From NCBI GenBank assembly GCA_003971905.1, contig RSEE01000011.1, forward strand, positions 1 to 64,000: 64,000 nucleotides of DNA, in the 5' to 3' direction. A model generated the notes under the pieces. The model worked only from the letters and a program-made list of their open reading frames with translations, searched no databases and was not told where the DNA came from. The first letter of the stretch is position 1. Every line of letters begins with the position of its first letter. The position numbers were made by a program, and so were the translations under genes. Below are positions 25,736-38,726 of this stretch, piece after piece. The DNA is from Moniliella sp. 'wahieum'. Its lineage: Eukaryota.

Positions 25736-26793
25736 TCATGCGCCTTGGACATTCACCCCTGAGGGGGGCTTCGTGAGAACAGAGCCTTTGGAGACCTCAT
25801 CCAGTTGGTCGCAAGGCACTTCCTTTGGACTCGAGATACGAGGTGACAATCGCGTTGCGGGTCTCTTCCTGGCATCGGTAGATAAAAGCTTGAAGAATGG
25901 ATCGAGGTCGAGTTGTCATTCCTTCCTCATCAGGGTCGAACTCGCCTCCTTCCCATCCGGGTTGAGCTGGTCTAGACTGGCTGGAACGTTCCACTTCATG
26001 AAGGTGCGCAATGACTCTTCCTCGTTGGAATACGTATCCTGAGATCCATGTGAGGTACCAGGCATGGCGTCTTGGGTACCTCCAGGGAACCGAAGGGCCA
26101 CTCGGCGCTTTGGAGCCAGGTGTTTTGGCAGGAACGCTGGATGTTTTGGAAGGAGCGCTGGGGGTTTTGGCAGGGGCGCTGGATGTTTTGGCAGGGGCAC
26201 TGGGTGCTTTGGAAGGGGCGGCAGATGCAGCGGTTGAGGCGCCAGCAGGGATGACAGAAGGTAATTTCATGTCGACAGTCAACTTTGGCCAGTGTAAACC
26301 CCGAGTCTCCTTGGCTAGGACGAGGTCCAGCTTCATGCTAAGGACTTTGTAGGAGCTGTGCGGCCGAGGGCGAATTGGAGCAAAGAGATCAATGAGTATA
26401 ATGTCATCTTCTTTAAGTTCACCACCGAGGTCGATGTGCACCTGTCGGTAGGTAAAGATAATATCGACCTTGTTGGGGTCGAGCTTTTTTTTGAAGACAG
26501 ATACAACGACCTCCTGGTCCGTTTGGTAAAAGTCAATCCTACGCAGAAATAGAACGGTTAGCATGGAAACAGAGCGGATTAAAGGGCGCTGGGAAGAGAG
26601 CATGCCTAGGAGGGGCCGACATGGCGCGGAACGAAGAGTAGCGTTGGACGCCAAGAATGAACAGATGGTGGCGGCGCGGACCAGCGGGTGAACAACGGAG
26701 ATGGGTAAGTACACGGCTTACCTAAGCAGGACCACTGCTATCCTCTGGAGCTGGGCAAAAGGACACGACGCGTCTCGACCACAGATGGGCCAT
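25736..26793 (-). CDS. SGT1-like Hsp90 co-chaperone (CS plus SGS domains, no TPR); start approximate
   Basis: CS domain RIDFYQTDQEVVVSVFKK...SSYKVLSMKLDLVLAK...HWPKL. SGS-like EETRNAIVTSYLESKGSAL..TNWDEV...KPP. Intron at about 26540-26721. Confidence 0.72.
26112..26222 (-). repeat. 21-bp coding minisatellite encoding (A-P-[AS]-K-[TA]-[PS]-S)n, about 5 copies
   Basis: APSKAPS APAKTSS APAKTPS APSKTSS VPAKTPG in the linker between the CS and SGS domains. Confidence 0.8.
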
Positions 26794-27940
26794 TCAGCAG
26801 CGAATATTGATTCAGGTAGCAAGCATCATGCCAAGCGGTTAGGAAGAAGAGGAGGGATGGAGGAGAGGACATGCGAGATAGAACGGTGCCTGTGCGCGCA
26901 CGGCGTGTAACTTGGCTGCCGACAATCCCTATCATCACCATCAAGCTGTGATGGGTCATTCCCGCACGTGGCCGCATCCTCCTCCTTCTATTTACAAATG
27001 CAAAACACACTGGCATGATCTCCATTCATCCTATCATCCCACTTTCCTTCATTTGTTCCTTTTGGCAGCTGGGCCACCTCTGGTCCCATGCGTTTCTCCA
27101 TTTCGCAGCGCCTTGTTATCTGTTCCCGATGTTTAAAAGGGGGGATGGTGAGATCAACCACAGACTCTATACACCACCCGACCGTTGCTTGTGCCAGGGA
27201 GTGTGAAAATGTTTTCCGTATCACTTGTAACAGCGCAACATTTGGAACGCTGTATCCAAGTTCCACCCCTGCTCAACACATTGCACCACTAGATCCTTGA
27301 CGTCCGTAAGGGGTGTGGAAACCTGTCCAGATCGATCAAGCAGAATCTGGATAAATCCAGTGACGAGCCTGTGGTTGCTCGAGTGCGACTTGGAGAACAT
27401 CCGGCGATCCTATGGATCAGCTGCAAAGCAGCCTTCAGACAAGACATGAAGGCAAAGCGGTGAGCCACAAGTCTTCAAGCAACGTCTGAAGGGAATGAGA
27501 GGGGGAGGGAGAGAAGGGAGATGGAGCGAGCAGGGGGTGGGCAGCCTGCGAGCGGAACTCTTTCGCACGACTAGTGAGCGTTACCGATCAACTGGAGGAC
27601 CGTGCAGGGGAACCGATTGTTTCTGGACCTGTACAGAGAGTGCAGTCCCCTGCTAGCTAGTGAGTCACTGGATTAGTCAAGCGCAAGCCCAGACGCCACG
27701 CCGCAACTGTGCCTCCGCGGCTAAGAAATAGAGTTGTCTCGGATATTATTTCCGCGTGCTGTTTTTCATTGTGCCCGTGGATCTATGTCCTGTACCTTTT
27801 TTTGACCCACCACCCAGGAGCTTCCCGCTCCTGATCGACCGGTCTCACCTCCGCTGCACCATCTCCCCCTCTAAACCTTGCTATTTAAGGCTGGCTGTTT
27901 TCTGCTTACGCCTCTGAGCCATCGTCATCGAGTCATCGTC

Positions 27941-29585
27941 ATGAACGAAGCATCGCCAAAGCTCAAGCCCACCAGCCTGCCTGGCTCGGATGATATGACC
28001 GCTTTGGGCTCGCCGGACGAGCTGCCTCTGCCCGTCCAGGCTGGAGAGAAAGACCAGGTATTCCACCAGCACTTCCAGCGGCTTACCACCCTCCTCGCCC
28101 GCGCACAAATCGAGAGCCAGGGCATTGTGCCCCTCCCACGCGAAGCCCAAACGGGAACCGCATGGTGGAGCGTTGGCTTCTCTGGTTCTCGGGCAACTTC
28201 AACATACTCTCCTTTAGCACCGGCACCCTGGCTGCCACCTTTGGTCTTAGCTTTTACGGTGCCTATGGCACTATTGTCGGCTTTGGTATCCTCTGCGCTC
28301 GCCGCCCGCCTATCTCACCACCTTCGGCCCGCCGCTTGGCATGCGCCAGCTGGTTCAGTCCCGCTACAGTTGGGGCTTTTGGCCCACATGCCTTATCGCG
28401 CTTCTGAGTGCTGCGACTATGGTCGGGTTCTGTATCCTTAACGCAATTCTGGGTGGACAGACTCTGGCGGCGGTTAGTTCCCACACCGAGGGGTGGATCA
28501 CTACGGCGAGTGGAAGTGGCGCTGTGTTAATTCCCCTTGAGCACGAGACCCTGTCGACGACGGTAGGGATCGTGATTGTGTGCATATGTGCGCTGGTCAT
28601 CTCATTCTTTGGCATTCGCATCTTGCATGTCTTTGAGCGTGCCATCTGGGTGCTCACCATCATTCCTTTTGTCTCGATCATTGCTGTGGCTGGCACCGGA
28701 CCCCGGGGTCTGCACATTCCTGAGGCAGCCAAGTCGCAATCGACCGAGGAGTACCCAGCCGGAAGCGCGGCCCCAGTTCTTGCCATGGCAGGTGTCGTGG
28801 CTGGCTTCTTTATTCCATACGCACCTTTGGCCAGCGACATGTCGCTATACTTGCGGCCCGACACGAGCTCGTGGAAATGTTTGGGTGACTTACGCTGGCT
28901 TTGTCTTGTCCAGTGTCCCTGCTATGATGCTGGGCGCTGCCTTTGCGTATTCGGCCATGGATATCCCCGCTTGGCAAGATTCCCTGGACACGTCGGTTGG
29001 TGCCTTTTAATACAATTCTTGCTGGACCGCAAACGCGTGGGACGTCAGCGCTGCGCGGCTTTGGCAAATTTGCCACCGTCTTACTCGCCCTCTCGACAGA
29101 GAGTAACTTGGCCCTAACGTTCTACTCTTTGACGCTAGCCATTCAGACATGGTGCCGTTTCAAGATCGTCTACCACACGCCCCGCTTCTTTTTCAGTATC
29201 TTGGTCACGGCTATTGTACTTCCCACAGCGATCGCGGGGGCAAATCACTTTTACAATACCTTGTCGACGTTCACCACCATTCTCTCCTACTGGTCCGCGC
29301 TTTACGTTGCCATTGTCATGGTAGAGCACGTCATCTTCCGCAAGTCCAACTTTGCTAACTACGACAGATCGGCGTGGGACAAGCCGACCAAGCTGCCCTG
29401 GGGATCGGGGCTATGTCGGCCGCGTTAATATCGCTTGCGCCTTGATCCCTTCAGCCTCGCAGTCGTGGTACACCGGGCCTATCGCCAAACACTCCGGAGA
29501 CCTTGGGTTTGAGGTTGGGTTTGCTGCAGCAGTAGTACTCTACATCCCTATGCGCTACCTTGAACTGCGCATGTTCAAGAGGTAG
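27941..29585 (+). CDS. Purine-cytosine permease family transporter (FCY2/TPN1-like, NCS1)
   Basis: IESQGIVP, LWFSGNFNILSFSTG, GPPLGMRQLVQSRYSWG, NAILGGQTL, YAPLASDMSLY, LSYWSALYVAIVMVEHVIFR, SQSWYTGPIA...GDLGFE. Confidence 0.9.
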
Positions 29586-30581
29586 CCGGTGTCCCCCTGG
29601 AACATGTTGAATGTCAATACACTATTACTCTGCTATTTGCACTCTGACGAGGTAGTGTACGAGACGACCACCAGGGCTCCGCCCCAGTCTGGACGCGGTG
29701 TATGTGGAGCTGGATTACACGTTATGGAGGCTAATAAGCAGTGCATGTTGTACGCTTCCACGGCACTTCTCAACAAGAGGCGACCAAACGTAACTCCGGG
29801 GGTTGACTCCGATCGGTTTGTACAGTTATTTTTATCGGTACACAGGGGTTAGAAGACTCGGATGGAAGATACTACTTTGATCTAGTACGGCCCAGCGGAC
29901 GCGCTTGGCAGCTGAGGCAACTGACGTATTCATGGGCCTGACCAGCCTGGGCCTGAGGGGCATTGTCACCCAGGTGTCACAGTGTGACATGTGACCATCG
30001 ATCTGAAATCTGATTCGCACTGATCAACGTGCTGTGGGCTATAACATGCGCAACACGATGTCCGCCGCAGATGAACAGATGGCGCATGCCCACCAAGCCA
30101 ACTGGCCGGGAAGCCGTGGCGGCGGTGACCGGCTGTTGTGACGTGCAGTGGAGATGACAGTTTGACGACGTATAGACAGAGAGACCCTGGGCGATGCTGA
30201 CACTATAGTAGGCCAGTGCTCTCTGTTGGCCGTCCTAGTTGTGTGCTCCTATCATGTTCGCGTTCCCCCTCCTGCCTTCTCTCCATGACCGATACCGCTT
30301 CCACTCGATACTTCGCTCACCCTCCGTGCTCGTGATCAGCTCCCTATCTCTTTGACAGTCAGTAGGGGTCATCTGTTTGCCACCAGTTTTGGCTACGGCG
30401 CAACACTTCGGCTGGGATGCGATTAGTTCGTGGCGAATGTGAGACGTTGAGGTTTCTGGCAGCGACGTCTGTGAGGCCTGACTCACATAAGCGACCACAG
30501 GGGGCGTTCTGCGGTGGACGTTGCGTGTTGGGCTGCTTTGGGCCGGCGGCAACCTGCGGCAGCAGCCGCGGGACTGAATGA

Positions 30582-30621
30582 ATCATGCATCATGCATCAT
30601 GCATCATGCATCATGCATCAT
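30582..30621. repeat. (ATGCATC)5 heptamer array upstream of the MFS gene
   Basis: Directly visible. Confidence 0.9.
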
Positions 30622-30876
30622 TAACCATTCATCATGCATGGGACGGAAGCACTGTGGCACAGGGTGCAACTCGATGGAAACATGGCTGCTGCTTCAAGTA
30701 GAGCAGTTGCCATGGTTTTTTCGCTGTTTCCACCAACAGATAAGCGAGCAGCTGCCTTGGGTTTTCGCCGTTTTCATCAACAGATACCTTCTCTCCCACC
30801 ACCAGTTCCTCCACCTCTCACTTATCTTCCCATCGCCACCATCGCTGGGCGCGCTTCTTCATTGGCCATCTCAAGG

Positions 30877-32874
30877 ATGCACCCAGCCAGCTGCTGCTCC
30901 AACCACGCCTCCAGGCACGCGCCTTCTATCGCGACTCATTCGTTCTGCGCTTCCGCCGCTCGGACGATGAGCAAACCCTCAATGGCGCTACGCCCCCTGT
31001 GGACGAAGACGACCCCACACCGCCTGACAGTCCCCTAACCAGGAAACAGACCCTGATACGGAGAAGAGCCCGGGACGCACACCCGATGCTCGTGCGGTTG
31101 CGCCGTCAGTTCGCCGGGCGAACGTCCCAGGTGTGTGGGGCCCAACGGCGAAGTGTTCATTGTGGGATGGGACGAGGGGAGAAGAACAACCCACAGAACT
31201 GGACTGTTTACAAGTGGTGTATGACCATCTCGGTTGCTGCCATTGCAACGGTCGTGGGCATGGCTTCATCAATCGACAGTGCTGGTGTCCAGTATTCCGT
31301 CGTCAGTTCCATGTGGGCATCGAGACTGCAGAGCTACAAACTGCACTTTATCTCGTTGGCTTTGGCATTTCTGCGCCCATCTTTGGTCCTCTGAGCGAAC
31401 TAGCTGGGAGGGTGCCTGTCTACTGCTTCACACTTTTGATTTTTTCCCTGTTTGAGATGGGTGCAGCCCTGTCGCAAAACATACAAACCCGCGTTATTCT
31501 CCGCTTTTTTGCGGGTTTTGGGGCAGTTCGCCGCTATCAACGCAGGCGGGTCGGTTGCGGATATGGTAGATGGCCGCAGCCGCACCATCTACTTCGCTAT
31601 ATTTTCCCTTAGCGGCTTCTTAGGTCCCGCTTGGGTCCTGTAATAGGAGGATACCTTGCCATGAACGCTGGCCAGCAATGGTGCGATTGGGTCATGGCTT
31701 TGACTTCGTTTGCTCTGACGGCCACCCTTGCGCTCTTTATGAGGAGACATACGCCCCTATCTTGCTCAAGGACAAAGCTCAAGCTATCCGCAATGTAACG
31801 GGGGATGGCCGTTACATGACCGCTCTGGAACGGGAACGGATGGATGTCCCGTTCAGCCATGCGTTCAGAGCAGCCCTTTTCAAACCGTTGGCATACCTGA
31901 TTTGTACGGCAGCGATCTCCCGTGTGACTTGTGGCAGTGCTGACATGTTTATACCCACCAGACGAACCTATTGTCTTTGCCTTATCGGCTGCATTATCTA
32001 TGATCTATTGTGTCTTCTTTGGGTTTCTTGAGGGCCTATCCACGACCTTCCAGCGCTGGCACTTCAATGCTGGCAAGATTGGGCTCGTCTTTCTTTCGCT
32101 CTGTGTTGGTCTCACATTTTCTTTGGTGCCATTGCCCTGGATTTACAAGCGGTACGTACGCAAAGAAAAGAAGCTCAACAGCATCTGGCCCAGCTGAAGG
32201 CCGAAGGCGTCCCCGATCAAACATATCTCCCTTAGAGGGACAGCCACCCCCGGAGGAACGATTGATTCATGCCATGTTGGGTACCTGGTTCCTTGTAGCC
32301 GGCCTGGCGTGGCAAGCCGGTACTAGCACCCTTGCCCCTGACGGCTCTCCTTGGCCTGCCATTGTGGCTTTGGTATTCGTGGGCGCCGGGGTTTTGGCTT
32401 GGTTTATCTCTTCCTACCGTGAGTCTCTTCTTTGCACCAGGAGCGCCCTCTCATCTCTGGTTTGAGACTACACGTAATGTTGCTAACCGCCCCTACCCAA
32501 TTGCAGAGTATGTGATTGATGTTTATGGCACAGGGAGTGCAAGTGCCCTTGCCACTCTCACATTGGTGCGCTACCCCATTGCTGGGGGCGCTACTATGTT
32601 CAGCCATCCGTGTTTTTTGATGCCCCGCCATCATTTCTGTTATACTGACCTCCCTTCTTTGACATTCGCAGGCCCCATGTACAAAATCTTCGTACGTCTT
32701 TTGCTGCCTCGACGCGGTGGGTATCTCATGTGCTGACCTCTATTTTTGTGTGCAGGTCCACAATGGGCGCTGACGCTCCTAGCGTGCCTTTCATTTGGAT
32801 TCTCCTTCATTCCATTTGCCTTTTACATTTGGGGCCGTCGGATCAGATCCTGGAGTCGCTTTGCGCGGACTTGA
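30877..32874 (+). CDS. MFS drug:H+ antiporter (DHA1 family); start approximate
   Basis: GEKNNPQNW, GPLSELAGRVPVY, ILRFFAGF, GGSVADM, EETYAPILL, PPPEERL, YVIDVYGTGSASALA, FYIWGRRIRSWSRFA. Several short 3' introns (about 31905-31960, 32419-32506, 32610-32671, 32692-32755). Confidence 0.88.
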
Positions 32875-33649
32875 TGCGTTTTGCTATGGGAGGGGGGCTT
32901 TTCTCCCATGCGCCGGTGTGCCACCGCGGCAATCAACCGCCATCTCCATCAGCTGCAGCATATGCTCATCGCATCCATGGACTTGGTTTCAAGACGGGGA
33001 GGTGTCAGAACAGTCCTCTTGGCAAATCAGGTGTAACTTCTCACTGCTCTTCACTGATTCTGTTATCCTTCTTTCTATACCTGCGCATCCTTTGTTTCCC
33101 TTGGTACTTGGTCTCACTCTCCTCGCCCGACCCTTACCGAAGGAGTGCACCTTGTATGCTTTCAGTCCCTATAATCACAAGCATGGCTTGTACACACCAA
33201 GAAAACGTGTAGCCAGGACAAAAACCGCTGTTGCCTTCGCGTTGATTGCAATATTATCCAGTGTCCAGCCTGGACCGAAGGAGAAAATGATCTACTAGTC
33301 GCCTACGGGGTGGTACGGTAAGATGCAGAATGAGGCATATATAGACGCATGAAGCGGGCCTCACAGATAATTCCGTTCGGGTGGCCACTTCACTGTTGGT
33401 GGCAAAAAGGGGAGAAGCGGTTAATGTAATCATGCACATCTCCGTGGATCATGATATGGAAAGGGATCTGGGGGGCTTAACTGAGGCCTGAAGCAATGAT
33501 GTCGGAGTAACATCATGTCCAGACCACACAAAGGAGAAGGGACGAAGAAAAAAAAAAGGCGGAGACGCGAGGGGTCATGAGAGGGTAGTAGGGATGACAA
33601 CTTGAAGAGGGGCAGGGGTTGATACTGTAGCCTGCCCGGACTGGCGGCG

Positions 33650-36208
33650 TCAGTTGCTAGGGATGGGTCGTCGAGGTCGTGTGCGTCGTCCTCTTCCAGG
33701 ACAAACGTGGGATCGGTAGAGGGGAGGAACGCATCTTGCAACGGAATCTCCTCCTCCACTGGGCCTGACAATGGAGTAGAGGTGAAGCGGAGGTTGGCAG
33801 ACCGCGTGGGGGCGGAGGGGGTTGGGACCGACGAGAGAGTTGGTGGGAGAGACGGAATTCGCGTCTGAGAGCCCAACCCTTGATGAGAAGCAGTGCAGCT
33901 GCGAAACAGAAGGATAAGCAGACGGTGCCACCAAAAGCAGAGGATAGCCATCACATCATCATAGCCACCGCGCATGGCAGCAACGACACTTCCTCAGAGG
34001 AAAGCATAAACGCCAATCCTCCCCCGCCAGACAGACGCCGCAATGCTTCTGTAGGGGGCGTGAGGGCAGAATTGAGGCCGGAGGCCGGAGCCAAAGGAAA
34101 CATAGGTGAGGAGCCGGAATACCCCAAAGCCAGCCAGTAGTGGTTCCCCCACAGCACATGAATCTGAACCTCGTACTCATAGTCCTGATGATGAGCCGAC
34201 ATAGCGCTCCCCGTCAAGCCAATGATGACTGCCGGAAAGGGTTGAAAGAGGCAGCATAGGACGATGGTGGAGTCTGAACGTTAACAAGTTCATCCGCCGC
34301 GTCTTGGGCAGGCACACCTTCAAGGCTGTACGCTCCCGAGCGGCCGACACGATGTGCCCCACGTCAGGAAGTCCAGATTCGGAACTCTGCTGAGTAGGGT
34401 CGAGCGCTGAGGGGTGTTAAGGCGGGAGTAAAGAGAGCAGGTCGCGCATCGGCGTGTTTCGAGCAACAACCCGACCAGCCCACCAAACCAAACATGACGG
34501 CGATGGAATGTGTTGGATCTGCTTGATGGTGTAAGGGTCGCCTGGCTTGGAGCCAAAACGTTCCATCCATTGTTGGTGATTCCATAGACGAAGATGACCA
34601 TGCACTCAATAAACTCGCCAGTGACGACATTCCGTCGCCAGTGCAACTCCAGCCCGTCGGGACGATCCTAGAGTAGGCTTGCGGTTCCAAGCCCAGCCAA
34701 ACTCGGCATAAACACCCAGGTAGCGTGCCCAGGTAAGCAATCCATACCAGAAGAATATGGCGCCCTTGACACCGTGGGCCGCACATGTGTTGACTCTCTT
34801 TCCTCGCATGTACCAGTGTACACCGCCAAGCCCGTGTAGGCACAAGCAAACCAATCAGGGGAGTGAGCGATTTACTACCACATGCGTGTAGCGAGCTGTG
34901 GTACCAGTTTGGTCCAGATGGATGTTTGCTTTGGCGGCTCGGGAGGAAGTGAGTAGGGAGGAGGCAGAATGGGCCACCGAGGGGGAACTGCAACGGCTGC
35001 TGATTGAGGCACTGAGGCGACCTTGACGAACAGTGGGTTGACCAAGTTCCAGAGGGTGAAGGAAGATCATCCATGCCACTAGCCTCTGCTGGGTAATCTC
35101 GGCCTCAAGATCATGGGGCGTGACCTGACATGCGTTCCTGCTCGTCCTTCAAACTTTCGAGTTTTTCAGGGTGGTAGGTTTCGTCTTTGCCTAGTGCGAT
35201 CCGCACCACGTTCATCCACCTGCTGTGTCCTTCGTTTGTGCCAAGAGCACTGTACCCGCTTTGGTTGAGGGATGGGCCATGGCGCCCAGCAAAGCCGACA
35301 CTTGAAACCACAGCTTTCCAAATCTGGACCACAAGCTGCACCACATCCTTGCCCAATGCCGCGAGGGAAATCCAAAATAGCGCATGGCCCATCTTTCCGT
35401 GCGCATTTGACGGATAGAGGGGAGGTGTTAGGGCATTATACACTTGCCCCAACATGATTGACCCTCCAAGAGTGACGAGATAGACAAGGCAAGCAAGCGG
35501 CGCCAAAGTGGAGTGACCCGCTTTAAGAGCCAATGCTGTATCAAAGGTCAGCAATCCAACCCCATGCACCAACGTGAGGGAAATTAGATGGTTCATGCAC
35601 GCACCCAAGGGACAAAGCACAAGCGTTGCTACCACACATCCAATCACATGCAAAGCCATGAGCGTTTGTGCCGGCGAATCCGCCCGTCGTCCGGAACGTA
35701 CGACGCTACGGTGCGTTCCACCTGCACGTTGGGCATCCGACAAATGGTTCGCGTCCACAAGCGTGCGCCAAATCCCCTCCACATCGCCCATCAGCCTCTC
35801 GGGACGGGAAAGGGCACTGGGTTCAACGAAACGAGCCATCTCTTCGTTCCGACCCATAGCGTACCCATAGTCCCACTCGATGTAGCTTAACGGCATAGGC
35901 CCAGATGAGAGGAAGAGATTGGTTTCGTTCAGGTTGGCTAGTACAGGTGCATGGGCACCCTTGTGCTCATGTGTGCCTGCCCCCCAGCCAGGAATCCAGG
36001 GGACAGGGACCAGCTCGCCTGCCTCTGCGTGCGGGATGGAGATGGTGTGTGGATGTGATGGGTCGTGCGTGTCATGTGCATGGCTGTTGTACTCTTCCTC
36101 TCCGTCATGGCGGGACGTGTGGGCAGCAAGGGTGCCACCCCCGGTCCTGGCGCTAGCGACGAGGCCGGAGGCGGCAAAAACGGCAGCCAAGGCAGCTAGA
36201 CGGATCAT
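33650..36208 (-). CDS. YTP1-like multi-pass membrane protein (DUF2427/Ytp1 architecture) with signal peptide; 3' end approximate
   Basis: Signal peptide MIRLAALAAVFAASGLVASA, His-rich N-terminus, LMALHVIG, YPSNAHGKMG, CAAHGVKGAIFFWYGLL, EFIECMVIFVYG, NPFPAVIIGLTGSAMSAHHQ, PPTEAL. Confidence 0.78.
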
Positions 36209-37124
36209 GGAGGTGCGTGCACAGCCAATGGATGGTGGTGGGAGATTGGGCCGGGGAGGGGAGAGGCCGAAGAGGAGACGGCTCGAGAGAAAGAGTGGTC
36301 GGCAAGCTGTGAAGGCTGCCTCAGCGGCCTGGCCTCAGCGCCAATGCAAACTGCGACGCTCGACTGGGCTCGCCTGGACGGCGGGCATGGATCTGCATGA
36401 GGTTGGGCGTACCGCTGGCTAGTAGCTTGAGTTGAAGCCTGACTGGTGGCGGGCGGCGCATGAGGCGCGGTGCGGGATGGATGACGCGCGGCGAGAGACT
36501 GCGCGGCACCAGAAATGGCCCCGGGTGGCGTGTTTTGTCGCGCAGGCCGTGCAGGCAGGGGCAGACACCGACGCCGGGGGGCAGTGTGCGACACATCATA
36601 CGAGCATCTGCCTGAGCTGGGCGACACTTCCGCCAAGCTGGCACACGGGCTCCCCCAGTCGCAGCACGGGGGCAGTGCCGCAATGCGCCGACAATTGGGC
36701 ACCTACCTATATATTCTGTCCTTCACGATACGGCCGCCCCCGTGGGAGGCAACGCTCGCACTTCCCCAGTCGTATTCCCACCCGGACTCAGTGGGTGACT
36801 GGCTTGTAGCCAGGGATCCGACTTCGGAATCGATCCGAGCCTGTGGCAAGGGCTGGAGACCGGATAGCGTATGACGCGGTGATGACCAATCATTAATCAT
36901 CTCATTGATCCTCAACGCTTCAGCATGTTAATCGAGGTAGCCATGCATCTGACCTGCGACCGTGTGACCTCTCATGTCACATGCCACGTGGCACGTCTCA
37001 TCACAGCTGGGGCGAGGGCGCTTCCAGGCACGCCCTGTCTTCCCTGGCGTTCCTCGTAAGATTCCCATGATTGACATGTTTTGACAGAGCATAGTAAAAG
37101 GGTGGGACAAAGAGACGCCTCTCG

Positions 37125-37780
37125 CTCACCGGCAGTCACCGGTTACCGGTCACCGAAAAAAAAACACATAGGCTGCGTTATCGAGGTTGGCGTTCCCACA
37201 CCCTTGGAGCCTTTCCCAGGCAACGAACTGATGCGTATGGAGTGGATCCTAATGCATCCGCCAGCTGCGGCGCCGCGTAACATGCGGAACACTTTACCGC
37301 ACTGTACCTACAGAAAGGGTCGACGGAGAGCCCGGGTTGAAGTGATGAACATTGGATATTGGCTGAGCGCGCGCTCAGGCTGAGCGCTGAGCCGCTGACC
37401 GGTGACCACTGATACTGACCGGTGACCTTTGAAGTACAAAGAGTCCATGAGAGTAGCCTTGAGCAGCTCCTCTCAGGTGCAGGATCTCAGATCTTCGATC
37501 TATCTCCTTCCTCTAAAAAGCCCTCGGGAGACCCTCGTTTTCGGCTACTTTACGCGTTACGTTCCTCGAGGTGGTCACCTGCCTGCCATCACATGGATCA
37601 TCGCACACGAGAGCATTGCCGATCGCCCACATGACGTGAGTGTGTGCGACATGCGAATGATCTGAATGATCGATCCATCCGTCACGGTCGCGTCGGCCTA
37701 GGCCCCTCCTATAGGCCTCAAGCTGAGCCTCAGCCCTCAGGCTGAGGGGCTTCAAGCTTCAAGCTTCAAGTTGAAGCTTT
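37125..37780. repeat. Cluster of heptamer palindromic arrays: ACCGGT(N), AGCGCT(G), CCTCAGG/GCTGAGC, (AAGCTTC)n
   Basis: Arrays at about 37136-37155, 37362-37427, 37712-37748 and 37749-37779. Confidence 0.78.
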
Positions 37781-38322
37781 ACGCTTTACTCTGTCTCGAG
37801 AGAGAAAGCCTCGGGTGGTATTGCGACGATCGTGGTGCACCTCCGGCTTGGGCCTCAGACCCTCAGGCCTCACTAGCTCCGAGGCTCCGCGCGTTCCGAA
37901 GACGGCTGAGCCTCGGCCTCCGCCATCAGGCTGATGCGCGTACCCCGCGTAAACCAACAATTAGTTAGCGCTTAGCCTTCTCCTGTAAAAATAAGTAAAC
38001 CTCGTCCTGCTTCCGACCCCCCAACGCCCCTCTCTCGCCGGCAATCGATTACCTATGCTACTGCAGTGTCCTAACCGCTGCAGCATTCCTTGCGGTCTCC
38101 ATAGCCGGGGGGAGCTGTGCGTGGCTCCATTACTTGCCGGCGAGGCCCGGCATACTGCCCAAGTCATCGAGATCTGTAGGAGTGAGTCCTGAGTTGAGTC
38201 CATTGGATTCCGGCAGCATATCAAGATCAAGGGTTTATTTTATGTTTCTGGCACGGGTGTTGTACAAAAGTCAGAACGTCAGGGCAGACAGATCGATATT
38301 GGGCTCCGACGCAACACAGCAC

Positions 38323-38382
38323 AAGGCAAGGCAAGGCAAGGCAAGGCAAGGCAAGGCAAGGCAAGGCAAGGCAAGGCAAGGC
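38323..38382. repeat. Pentanucleotide microsatellite (AAGGC)n, about 12 copies
   Basis: Directly visible. A degenerate version of the same motif occurs at about 7745-7806. Confidence 0.95.
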
Positions 38383-38726
38383 CACACAACACAACGTAAC
38401 CCATTCAGGTTCAGTACGTAGTATCACGCCCTCCCACAGCGTTTTCCTGCTGACTTGGCGCTTGAAGCTGGAGGGTCAAGCTTCAAGCGGAAAGCTGCGA
38501 GGAACAATGAAGGAGGCGAGACACGCTTCATGGGCTCAAGAGTCAAGATCCAAAACAAAACAACATCAAACAAAAGCGTCCGTCGCACTCGCAGGCCCGC
38601 GTGGCCTGCGCAGCGCTTTGCGCTCAGCTGAGCACTCAGTTGGAGGACTCAGGCTCAGCATAGACCGTCCGTCCCACCAGTCCCCCCCCGGCCCGGGGGA
38701 GCAAATCTCAGGCGGCGGGCAGGCGC

